This document shows, piece after piece, positions 28,076 to 36,527 of a stretch of 56,259 nucleotides of DNA (its first letter is position 1; the number at the start of each line of letters is the position of its first letter). A model generated the notes under the pieces. It worked only from the letters and a program-made list of their open reading frames with translations. It was not told the DNA's origin and did no database searches. The stretch is from Candidatus Omnitrophota bacterium. GTDB lineage: Bacteria; Omnitrophota; Gorgyraeia; Gygaellales; Profunditerraquicolaceae. The position numbers and the translations under genes are program-made. The stretch spans positions 1 to 56,259 of the forward strand of contig JBAZLM010000007.1 in assembly GCA_041650295.1 (NCBI GenBank), given 5' to 3'.

Positions 28076-28109
28076 TAAATAAAAAGGGCTGAACAATTAA
28101 GTCCAGCCC
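28076..28109 (-). terminator. Rho-independent terminator after the two small lipoprotein genes
   Basis: 9-bp stem GGGCTGGAC/GTTCAGCCC, 6-nt loop, followed by TTTTTATTTAT on the minus strand. Confidence 0.6.
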
Positions 28110-28133
28110 TTAACTTGAAACTAGGATTTTATA

Positions 28134-28472
28134 TTACTTATTATCTGTATATCGAATAGCTACTCCACTAGACCAATAATACCCATTAGGAGCAAGCCCT
28201 GAGGATATTAAGATCACCGCATTAGCCCCAAGCGGCGCAGATTTAGCTCTTAAAGAATTATGCATTTTCGCTACTTGTCCTGGGGCCCAATTTGCAGTAG
28301 TTACCGTAGCAAGTTCAATGAAGCTACGCTCTGGCCTAAGCACTAGGATTTCGATCTCATCCGGATCTGTCGGAGCAGAATACCCTTTAGCAGTTTTAGT
28401 TATATAAACAGTTGCACAACCACTTACCATTAAAAATATAAACAAGAGACCAAAAGAACATAATTTTTTCAT
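28134..28472 (-). CDS. Small lipoprotein, paralogue family
   Basis: 112 aa. Lipobox MVSGC, motifs PTDPDEIEIL and LGANAVILI, AAGGAG RBS. Confidence 0.7.
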   Translation of the reverse strand: MKKLCSFGLLFIFLMVSGCATVYITKTAKGYSAPTDPDEIEILVLRPERSFIELATVTTANWAPGQVAKMHNSLRAKSAPLGANAVILISSGLAPNGYYWSSGVAIRYTDNK

Positions 28473-28489
28473 AACAATTTCTCCTTTTG

Positions 28490-28843
28490 TTATTCTGTTC
28501 TATATTTTATCGCAGTACCAATGAAACCAGTACAACTATTTGAATATCTATCTTTTTCTGCCCAAATCTCTGAAGTAGAATATGAGCCACCAGTACATGT
28601 CACAATTACAGCGTCAGCTCCAGCTTCTGCTGCTCTTTTCTGAAGATAGTCAAAAGAGGCTCCTGATGCTTGTAAATCTGCAATTACCATATAAGGCCGT
28701 TTCGGTACAGCTTGCAACACTTCAACTTCACTAACATTTTTCGGAGGAAGCTGTTCTTTTAAATAATATCTATTCGCTTCATTTGTTACACATCCAGCTA
28801 AAAAACAAATAAAAAGTAACAACAATCCAAGTTTAGTTTTCAT
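28490..28843 (-). CDS. Small lipoprotein, paralogue family
   Basis: 117 aa. Lipobox FLAGC, motif AGADAVIVTC, GAGGAG RBS. Confidence 0.7.
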   Translation of the reverse strand: MKTKLGLLLLFICFLAGCVTNEANRYYLKEQLPPKNVSEVEVLQAVPKRPYMVIADLQASGASFDYLQKRAAEAGADAVIVTCTGGSYSTSEIWAEKDRYSNSCTGFIGTAIKYRTE

Positions 28844-28873
28844 TTATTCTCTCCTCTTTTACTTAACTTTATT

Positions 28874-28903
28874 ATTGTACATAAATCCTAAAATTGCAAG
28901 CAA
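28874..28903 (-). promoter_or_regulatory. Putative sigma70-type promoter of the small-lipoprotein pair
   Basis: -35 TTGCTT (28898-28903), 18-nt spacer, -10 TACAAT (28874-28879). Confidence 0.35.
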
Positions 28904-28980
28904 TTTAATGAACGGGTTCAAAAATAACAAGGCTGGTAGCTTGGGGGTGGGCGTGACTTAACCTAAAAAAGAATGCTTAG

Positions 28981-28998
28981 GTGTCCAAAAAGTGTCCA
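28981..28998 (+). repeat. 7-4-7 direct repeat GTGTCCA-AAAA-GTGTCCA (copy B)
   Basis: Read directly from the sequence. Followed on the plus strand by an extended -10-like TGTTATAAT. Confidence 0.8.
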
Positions 28999-29043
28999 CT
29001 TGTTATAATAAATACCATAAATATCCAGAAACATCTATAAACA

Positions 29044-29077
29044 ATAAAACTCCGTAAATAATTAGCGGGGTTTACAG
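29044..29077 (-). terminator. Rho-independent terminator of the efflux operon
   Basis: Minus-strand CTGTAAA-loop-TTTACGG hairpin followed by AGTTTTATTGTTTAT, 57 nt after the stop at 29134. Confidence 0.45.
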
Positions 29078-29133
29078 GAATTAACTATATTTGCTTTTTA
29101 TATTACCGTCAATCAGGATCTTTTAGCTTGCCG

Positions 29134-29424
29134 TTAAGTCAGATCTTCTATCGGCAGCAAAAATGCTTTAGCTCCTTCAACTCCGATATTCTTACGCAGC
29201 TGCCTGACCGCCGCAATGATTTTTTTGGCCGCTTCATCTTCCGTAGCCAGATACAAAATATTATTTAATCCGGGCCAGATGTCCGTCCCCAAATGTATTC
29301 CGCTAGTTGTCCCGCGTCCAAAGACCCCGGACTGCTTGGTGTAATTTTTTTGCCCGGCGCTAGCCAGAATCTCCATCAACTCATTATCCAACGCTTCATT
29401 ATAAACGATCATCACCATTTTCAT
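29134..29424 (-). CDS. P-II-fold small protein associated with the RND transporter
   Basis: 96 aa. Colinear with the GlnB-type beta-alpha-beta pattern (MIVYNEALDNELMEIL...GVFGRG...ILYLATEDEAAKKII...GAKAFLLPIEDL). Its ATG overlaps the RND TGA stop (ATGA). Confidence 0.65.
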   Translation of the reverse strand: MKMVMIVYNEALDNELMEILASAGQKNYTKQSGVFGRGTTSGIHLGTDIWPGLNNILYLATEDEAAKKIIAAVRQLRKNIGVEGAKAFLLPIEDLT

Positions 29425-32400
29425 TCTTTAATTACCTCCGGAGAAACTGCCTTGCGGTGAAAAACCGCATAAAGCGTAGGTACAAACAACAAAGTTACCA
29501 AGGTTGAGACGGTTAAGCCTCCGATCATAGTGATCCCCAGCGGCTGCCAAACCTCCGAGCCTTGCCCGCGGGAAAGCGCCAAAGGCAATAACCCGGCGAT
29601 CGTGGTAATTGTAGTCATTAAGATCGGGCGCAACCGGTCCCTACCGCCGATAGTCACCGCCTCATACATAGAATATCCGCGCGCACGCAACATAATAATA
29701 TAACTTATCAAAACAATGGCATTATTGACCACAATACCCATCAACATAACGATCCCTAAGAAAGTATTAATACTTAAGGTCGTGCCGGTCAGAACAAATC
29801 CTAAAATTACACCGATAAAAGTAAACGGTATGGCAAACATAATAATAAATGGATCAAGCAGCGACTCAAATTGCGCCGCCATGACCATATAAACCAACGC
29901 AATCCCTAAAACCAATAACAACGTAAGATCGCGGAAGGCCTTCTTCTGCTCTTCGGCTTCCCCGCCGATATTGATCATTACCCCGGGAGGTAAAACTAAT
30001 TTACTGATCTCCAAATTCAGATCATCGACAATTTTACCGCTTGAGCGCTGATAAGCATTGCACTGCACCCTGACCATTCTTTCCCGATTCTTGCGCTCAA
30101 TCTTATCCGGGCCACTGGCTTCATAAATTTTAGCGATATTACTTAATTTAATCTGCGGCCGGGAGACTCCGGAGCGGCTGGCCAAATTCTCTAATCCCAC
30201 AAAAGGCGTATTATCTTCCGGAAGCGGCGCCACAATCGTTAAATTTTCCACATCTTCAAGTTTAGTCCGGGAGTCATCTTCCAGGCGGACATAAATATCA
30301 TAGGTCTTGCCGTTCTCCCGGTATTTTGTCGCCGTAGAGCCTTGGATAAAAGTTTTTAAAGTTGTAGCGATCGTGGTCATATCCAGACCTAACCCGGCGG
30401 CTTTTTCCCGGTCGATATCGATCTTTAACTCCGGACTGTTGGCTTCCCGTGAGATGCTAACATCAACTGCTCCGGGGATCTTCTCCATAATCGTTTTAAT
30501 TTTTGCCGCTAGAGCATTGGTATCGGCAAAAGAATTACCAATGATCTCCAATTGTATCGCCTTGCCTCCGGTGCCGGTGATTAACCGACCTAGAGGATTT
30601 CCGGTTGAAACATCCGTCCTTAAAACTCCGGGGATCAGTTTAATTTTATTTCTGATCGCCTGGCCTACTTCTTTGACCGAACGCTTTCTTTTATCTTTGG
30701 CGATAAGTTTGGCGCCGGCTGAAATAATATGCGTCCCGCTTGAGCCACCGACCATCCTGCCCACCCCGCTAACCTGGCCGCAGCGGGAATAATAATATTT
30801 TGCTTCCGGAGCTTCTTGATCAAAGATCTCTTCGATCCGCTTGGCGATTTTATCCGATTCTTCGATCCGCGTACCGATCGGTAGATTAATCGTGATCCGC
30901 AGGTCACCGGTATCTTCTTCCGGCATAAACTCATTGCCTACAAACGGAATTAAAAACATACTAAAAATAAAAGCCCCGACAAATCCGATCAAGATCAATT
31001 TTTTATGGCGCAAAGAAAATCCCAAAGCCCGCTGGTAAAAAGCCTCCAAGCTTTTAAAACAATATTCAGAAAAATTATAGAGTTTTATGAATAATTCCGA
31101 TTTTTTACGCCGATGGTCAAAACCAAGCCATTGCGCACAAAGCATCGGGGTAAAAGTCGTCGCCGTAAACAAAGATGCCGTTAGAGTGACAATAATGATC
31201 ATCGCCAGGCCGCCAAAGATAATCCCCACCACGCCGGGAATAAACAACATCGGCATAAAAACCACGATCGTTGTTAATGTAGAGGCAGCCACAGAGCGGA
31301 ACATCTCCGAGGCCCCAAAGATCGCCGCTTCCGAAGTCCGATTGCCCCGGTCTAATCTTTTTAAAACATTATCCACAATGACAATCGCATTATCCACGAC
31401 CATGCCTGTGGCGATCGCCAGAGATGAAAGGGTGATCGTATTGATCGTCCCTTTGCTTAAAAATAAATAAATAAAAGCGATTAAAAGCGAAAAAGGTATG
31501 GTTAAGGCCACGACTAAACTCGGGGCCAGCGACCGGAAGAAAAACCAGGCGACCATAATCACCATGATAATCCCCAGCCAAACCGAGAATTTCAACGAAT
31601 CCAACGAATTGATAATATCTTCGGAGGTATCAAAAATAGTTTTTACTTTAACATCGGCGGGCAAGATCTTAATTAATTGCTGCATTTTATCCTTCACTAG
31701 CTTTGCCACTTCTACCGAATTGGTGCCGCTCTGCTTTTGCACCATCATCATGATCCCCGGCTGCTTGTTAAAACGCACTAAGCTATCGACTTCTTTAAAA
31801 CTATCTTCGATCCGCGCCACATCCTTTAAATAAATCGGGGTGCCATTGCGTTTGCCTAAAATTATCAGGTTGATCTCTTCCGGGCGCATAAACTCACCCG
31901 GCAGGCGGACCAGATAATCCGTTAATCCGGTTTTTAATCCTCCGACCGGCTGGGTAATGTTTTCCTGTTTTAATTTATTTTGAATATCTAAAACCGAAAA
32001 CCCGTATCCTTCCAGGCGCTGGCGGTTGATCCAGATATTGATCTGCCGCTGCATCCCCCCGCCGTTGATCTGCACCGTACCTACCCCGGGCAGCTGCCTT
32101 AAAGCATCGCCGATCTTTTTGTCCACCAGATCATAGAGTTCGGCATAACTATGCTCGGCGGTGATCCCAAAATAAATGATCGGAATATTGGCGGTATTAA
32201 ATTTAAAAATAAAAGGATTGTCCATTTCATCCGGGATATCCGGCAGGAAACGCTTGGCCAATTCAATCCGGTCGCGCACATCGTTGGAAGCTTCATCCAG
32301 GTTAGTCCCCCAGATAAACTTTAAGGTGATCATTGAGCTGCCTTCCGAAGAAGTGGAGGTGATCTTTTCTAAACCCGGGGTTGTCCCCAGCTGGTTTTCT

Positions 32401-32600
32401 AACTCTTCGGTAACATTGGTCTCTACATCTTCACTTCCGGCGCCCGGATAAGAAGAGATAACGGTGATCGACGGCGGCTCGATCTCCGGCATCATATCAA
32501 TTCCCAGGCGGCTTAGCGAATAAAGCGCTAAGATAATAATCGCCGAAAAGATCATTAAATTGGTAACCGGTTTTTTAACGCCGAATTCAGGCAGGCTCAT
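29421..32600 (-). CDS. RND efflux transporter permease (AcrB/CzcA superfamily)
   Basis: 1059 aa, 12-TM RND architecture with two large periplasmic loops. Confidence 0.95.
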   Translation of the reverse strand: MSLPEFGVKKPVTNLMIFSAIIILALYSLSRLGIDMMPEIEPPSITVISSYPGAGSEDVETNVTEELENQLGTTPGLEKITSTSSEGSSMITLKFIWGTNLDEASNDVRDRIELAKRFLPDIPDEMDNPFIFKFNTANIPIIYFGITAEHSYAELYDLVDKKIGDALRQLPGVGTVQINGGGMQRQINIWINRQRLEGYGFSVLDIQNKLKQENITQPVGGLKTGLTDYLVRLPGEFMRPEEINLIILGKRNGTPIYLKDVARIEDSFKEVDSLVRFNKQPGIMMMVQKQSGTNSVEVAKLVKDKMQQLIKILPADVKVKTIFDTSEDIINSLDSLKFSVWLGIIMVIMVAWFFFRSLAPSLVVALTIPFSLLIAFIYLFLSKGTINTITLSSLAIATGMVVDNAIVIVDNVLKRLDRGNRTSEAAIFGASEMFRSVAASTLTTIVVFMPMLFIPGVVGIIFGGLAMIIIVTLTASLFTATTFTPMLCAQWLGFDHRRKKSELFIKLYNFSEYCFKSLEAFYQRALGFSLRHKKLILIGFVGAFIFSMFLIPFVGNEFMPEEDTGDLRITINLPIGTRIEESDKIAKRIEEIFDQEAPEAKYYYSRCGQVSGVGRMVGGSSGTHIISAGAKLIAKDKRKRSVKEVGQAIRNKIKLIPGVLRTDVSTGNPLGRLITGTGGKAIQLEIIGNSFADTNALAAKIKTIMEKIPGAVDVSISREANSPELKIDIDREKAAGLGLDMTTIATTLKTFIQGSTATKYRENGKTYDIYVRLEDDSRTKLEDVENLTIVAPLPEDNTPFVGLENLASRSGVSRPQIKLSNIAKIYEASGPDKIERKNRERMVRVQCNAYQRSSGKIVDDLNLEISKLVLPPGVMINIGGEAEEQKKAFRDLTLLLVLGIALVYMVMAAQFESLLDPFIIMFAIPFTFIGVILGFVLTGTTLSINTFLGIVMLMGIVVNNAIVLISYIIMLRARGYSMYEAVTIGGRDRLRPILMTTITTIAGLLPLALSRGQGSEVWQPLGITMIGGLTVSTLVTLLFVPTLYAVFHRKAVSPEVIKE

Positions 32601-33475
32601 TCTTTCTCCTCTTCCGGGATAACCGACGCCCCGTCATATAAAAGCTGCTGGCCCATAATAACCACCGCTTCACCATCGGCTAACCCCTGGCGCACCTCAA
32701 AATATGCCCCCTGACGGATCCCTAAACTTATTTTTTTTAATTTTGCTTTTTTATCTGAGATAACAAAAACATAATTATCCGGATCATGCCCCATCACCGC
32801 TTCCCTAAGAATAACCGGAATGTTCTTGCGTGACTCAATCACCAGCTGCACTTTGGCAAACATCCCGGATTTTAAACGATGCTCCTGATTATCCACGGTT
32901 ATCTCTACCGGAGCGGTACGCGTAGATAGATCAACTACCGGGCTAACCTTAGTCACCTGGCCGATAAATTCTTCCTGCGGATAGCTGTCTACGCTAATTT
33001 TAGCCTGCTGGCCCAGCATTATCTTAGGTAAATATTTTTCCGGGATATCCAGCGCGATTTTTACTTTTTCTGCGCTGACGACAAATGCTATCGCAGTATT
33101 CGGGTTAACATTTTCTCCCAGGTCCACATAGACCCTGCCTAAAATACCGGTCAGTGTACTTTCTACGGGAGCTTTTTGGAATTTAAGCCCCACCTCATCC
33201 CGGTCGATATAACAAATCGCTTCTCCTTTTTTGATCGGCGACCCGTCTTCTTTTACTTTTTCGATAATTTTTCCGCTGACTTTCGGATAGATGACCGCTT
33301 CATCAAAGGCCTTGATATCTCCGGAATAATCCAATGTCTGCGCCAGATCCTGCAATTTTATCGTTTCGATCTTTACCGGGATCGCTTCGGCGGATTTTTC
33401 TTTAGGCTTATCCCCGGCACATCCGGCCAAGGCAAATACGCAACCAATCAATAAGATCAACTTTTTATATTTCAT
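32597..33475 (-). CDS. RND efflux periplasmic adaptor (MFP) lipoprotein
   Basis: Trimmed to ATG 33475 (GGGAGG RBS). Lipobox ALAGC. Biotinyl-lipoyl-like and beta-barrel adaptor motifs. Confidence 0.9.
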   Translation of the reverse strand: MKYKKLILLIGCVFALAGCAGDKPKEKSAEAIPVKIETIKLQDLAQTLDYSGDIKAFDEAVIYPKVSGKIIEKVKEDGSPIKKGEAICYIDRDEVGLKFQKAPVESTLTGILGRVYVDLGENVNPNTAIAFVVSAEKVKIALDIPEKYLPKIMLGQQAKISVDSYPQEEFIGQVTKVSPVVDLSTRTAPVEITVDNQEHRLKSGMFAKVQLVIESRKNIPVILREAVMGHDPDNYVFVISDKKAKLKKISLGIRQGAYFEVRQGLADGEAVVIMGQQLLYDGASVIPEEEKE

Positions 33476-34742
33476 CAAAACCTCCCGTAGCTTTATCAAA
33501 ATTAAATTTGGCAATTACATAATCATAGATCGCCTGTTCCTGATTAAAAGATGCAACCTTATATTTTAAACCGGCATCGTCATCGGCTAGCGAACTAATT
33601 AATCCTTGAGTATATCTTGCTTTGGCAGTTTCTAAATTATTTTTATACAAGGTAATATCGGCTTGACTGGCGTTGATCTGCTCGATGGCGCTCTTTAAAG
33701 ACAAATAAGTATCTTTAACTTCCAAAGCAATATCGCCAGAAAGCTTGGCCTGGCCCAGCTGCGTCCTTTTTAGGTCAACCAGCGCCTGCTCGACCAAAGC
33801 CTTGGTCTGCCAACCGTCGAAGATCGGCCAGGAGAAAGTGATCCCGGCGACATTATAATCATTCCAATCGCGGGTATTCACCGTTGTCGTCGGAGATCCT
33901 TTAGAACGGCCGTAATAATCCCAGGAGGCATAAATTGAAGGCCGGCCTCCAGCCGCGGCAACTTTAACCGCGCTTTGATCGGCTTTAAGTTGAGATTGCA
34001 ATTGTTTGATCTCCGGGCGGTTCTGCATCGCTTTTAAAAAACCTTCCTCAAAAGCGACATCTTTGGGAAGATATTTAAGTTCCGTGCTGGGCGAAATTAA
34101 AATGTCTTTATCTAATGCCAATAGATTATTTAATAGCGCGGCGGCGGATTGCGCCTGGCTTTTTGAAGCAACATAGGCCTGCTCAACATTGGCTAAAGCC
34201 GCTTGAGCCTGCAAAATATCGGTTTGCGAGGCCTGTCCTTTTTGATAAAGCGCCTCAATATGTTCTAAGTGCTGGCGGCTATTCTCTAAGATTGCCTGAT
34301 TTAACTGCACAAAAGAGTTGGCAAGTTTTAAAGTATAATAAGCGCGGGAAAAATTAAAGATCATCTCCAATTTTGTTTTATCTAAAATTGCCTGCGTCAC
34401 TTCCATTTGGTATTGGCTGTATTTAATGCTATTGACCACCAACCCGCCGCGATAAAGATACTGCCGGATACTTAATTGCGAAGTATGCTCTTGAATATTT
34501 TTAGTATAAAGCCCGGAGGTATAAAACCAGTTATAAGTAAAATCGACTGTCGGAAAGATCCCGGCTTGAGCCGAAGATATGGCAAATTTAGCTTTTTTGA
34601 CATCCTCGGCTTTAATTAAAATTTCACGGTTATCGCGCAGACCGATGGCTACCGCTTCATTAAAACTAAGCGTGATCTCTTCGGCATAAGCAGCCAAAGA
34701 AATAAAACAAAACAATAAAACTAAACCGGCAACGCGTTTCAT
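33465..34742 (-). CDS. TolC-family outer membrane efflux protein
   Basis: 425 aa, signal peptide, two OEP repeats. Its ATG overlaps the marR stop (TAATG). Confidence 0.9.
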   Translation of the reverse strand: MKRVAGLVLLFCFISLAAYAEEITLSFNEAVAIGLRDNREILIKAEDVKKAKFAISSAQAGIFPTVDFTYNWFYTSGLYTKNIQEHTSQLSIRQYLYRGGLVVNSIKYSQYQMEVTQAILDKTKLEMIFNFSRAYYTLKLANSFVQLNQAILENSRQHLEHIEALYQKGQASQTDILQAQAALANVEQAYVASKSQAQSAAALLNNLLALDKDILISPSTELKYLPKDVAFEEGFLKAMQNRPEIKQLQSQLKADQSAVKVAAAGGRPSIYASWDYYGRSKGSPTTTVNTRDWNDYNVAGITFSWPIFDGWQTKALVEQALVDLKRTQLGQAKLSGDIALEVKDTYLSLKSAIEQINASQADITLYKNNLETAKARYTQGLISSLADDDAGLKYKVASFNQEQAIYDYVIAKFNFDKATGGFDEI

Positions 34743-35194
34743 TAGTGGCTTTCTTCTTTATCCAGGATATCTTTAACCTGCATTAAGATACGTAAATACT
34801 CTCCCCGGTCCTCTTCAGAGATCTGGCCGAAGATCTTGGTGACTGATTCGGTACGCTGATGATTTATTTTTTTTAAGATCCCCGCGCCTTTGCTGGTTAA
34901 ATTAATTTTAACGATCCGGCGGTCGGCGGGATCATACTCTCTTTGCACATACCCTAAGATCACCAGGCGTTGCACGATCCCGGTGGCTGCTGCAGTGCTG
35001 GCGCGCATAAACTTCGCCAGATCCGTCATCTTCGAAGCCCCCTGGCGGCTAAGCTGCTCTAAGACCATTAACTGCGGAAAAGTGATCTTGCCCTGGCAAA
35101 CATCATTATTCTGCCGGCGCATAAAACCTTTCATAATCTCCGGCATAATCTGGTTCATTTTTTGCGTAAAATCGGTGATCGATATTCTGGTCAT
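34742..35194 (-). CDS. MarR-family transcriptional regulator
   Basis: 150 aa. Winged HTH (LMVLEQLSRQGASKMTDLAKFM...DRRIVKINLTSKG). Confidence 0.9.
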   Translation of the reverse strand: MTRISITDFTQKMNQIMPEIMKGFMRRQNNDVCQGKITFPQLMVLEQLSRQGASKMTDLAKFMRASTAAATGIVQRLVILGYVQREYDPADRRIVKINLTSKGAGILKKINHQRTESVTKIFGQISEEDRGEYLRILMQVKDILDKEESH

Positions 35195-35205
35195 AGTTAG
35201 CCCTC

Positions 35206-35232
35206 TTAATAATTAACTACATTGATTATTAA
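35206..35232. promoter_or_regulatory. Possible MarR operator (8-bp inverted repeat)
   Basis: TTAATAAT-N11-ATTATTAA next to the marR RBS. The sequence is AT-rich, so chance occurrence is plausible. Confidence 0.25.
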
Positions 35233-35251
35233 CCACATTAACAATATGCCA

Positions 35252-35275
35252 TAAAAAAACTGCTCTGTCAAGAGC
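35252..35275 (-). terminator. Weak terminator-like hairpin after the patatin gene
   Basis: Minus-strand GCTCT-TGAC-AGAGC followed by AGTTTTTTTAT. The stem is only 5 bp. Confidence 0.35.
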
Positions 35276-35309
35276 TTAAACTAATTTAATGATTAATTAT
35301 TTTATCACC

Positions 35310-36506
35310 CTAAAGCCCCGGGGGCTCTTTATGCCATTGATAGCCGCCAACCGCGTCTTGATATCCGCGGTCAAACAATGCGCGCATCTCTTTAGGGTCA
35401 AACTCTTCTTTTTGCGGCGGCCGGAAATCCCCCGGAATATAGGCTAGATTAAAATCGTTACCCCGTCTTTGCATAAAAACATAAATTCGATATAAATCCC
35501 CGACTCCTTGATTATTAATGATCGTATCTAACGACTGATTGGCGATCGAGACTAAATTGCCGCTGACGACTTTATAAGCAGGCTGCACGTAACCGTTACG
35601 GATAATATAATACTGGCCTTTGATCCTGGAAGAATCCAACTTTTGCGCCTTAGCCAGGCTTTCGACGCCGTGCATTAGGCTAAACAAAGTAAAGACCTGA
35701 GTGACCGTGCCACCGTCGACATGCATCTCATCGTAATTTTTACCGTTGGCCTGCACCTGAATATAAACCGGAGGAAACATGATCGGGATCGCCGCGGAAG
35801 CCAGGATAACTTTTCTAAAAAGATCGTAATCTTTACGGCAGGCAATCGCCCCCATATCCCAAACGACTAATTTCTGGGCGTCCAGGTAAGTCGTCCCGGT
35901 AAAAAGCCTGCGGCCACGACGATGCTCCTGAGCAATTTTATCGATAATCTCATTAGTGATATATTTCTCAAGCGTTCTTTTTAGCGGTTGATTGCTGGCA
36001 AAAGAATCGCTAAATAAGGTCGCCAGCGGCCGCTTCATCCTCATCACATCTTTAGTTGATAGCTTCGTATAAATATCCTCAATAGTATGATCATATTCTT
36101 TTCCCAAGAAAACAAACGGAGCAATGATCGAGCCGGTAGAAACTCCGGTGACCGCTTTAAATTTTGGGCGCGTTCCTTGAGCCGCCCAGCCTTTTAAAAG
36201 CCCGGCCCCGTAGGCGCCGTTAGCCGCCCCGCCTGAGATCGCCAATACCGCATATACCCGGTTGCCTTGAGCATCAAGAGCATAATTCCCGGGCTGATCG
36301 TGCAAGATAGAATTGATCATACTCTGGCTGATCTGCGCGTTATCGACCCCGACGACCTCGCGGATCTCCGGCATATCGGCAAGTTGAGCCTGGCCGATCA
36401 AATTTTGCGGCAGAGGATTTCTAATTGTTGCACATCCGGATAAGATCGAGCAAATTAATAAACAAAAAATTTTTAAATTATTTTTTTTCATTTTTAGCTC
36501 TTTCAT
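35310..36506 (-). CDS. Patatin-like phospholipase lipoprotein
   Basis: 398 aa. Lipobox ILSGC, oxyanion motif SGGAANGAYGAG, nucleophile GVSTGS (GxSxG), catalytic Asp context HVDGG. The start may be ATG 36491. Confidence 0.85.
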   Translation of the reverse strand: MKELKMKKNNLKIFCLLICSILSGCATIRNPLPQNLIGQAQLADMPEIREVVGVDNAQISQSMINSILHDQPGNYALDAQGNRVYAVLAISGGAANGAYGAGLLKGWAAQGTRPKFKAVTGVSTGSIIAPFVFLGKEYDHTIEDIYTKLSTKDVMRMKRPLATLFSDSFASNQPLKRTLEKYITNEIIDKIAQEHRRGRRLFTGTTYLDAQKLVVWDMGAIACRKDYDLFRKVILASAAIPIMFPPVYIQVQANGKNYDEMHVDGGTVTQVFTLFSLMHGVESLAKAQKLDSSRIKGQYYIIRNGYVQPAYKVVSGNLVSIANQSLDTIINNQGVGDLYRIYVFMQRRGNDFNLAYIPGDFRPPQKEEFDPKEMRALFDRGYQDAVGGYQWHKEPPGL

Positions 36507-36527
36507 TTAATTAGATCGATCTAATAA

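Noticed and set aside
22533-28998. The tRNA-Lys-adjacent lipoprotein cluster as a classical integrated genomic island.
   Set aside because: I saw no integrase or other mobility gene. The flanking repeats are not derived from the tRNA 3' end, and the cluster lies on the 5' side of the tRNA. Only the regulatory or relic-site reading is kept, as a finding.
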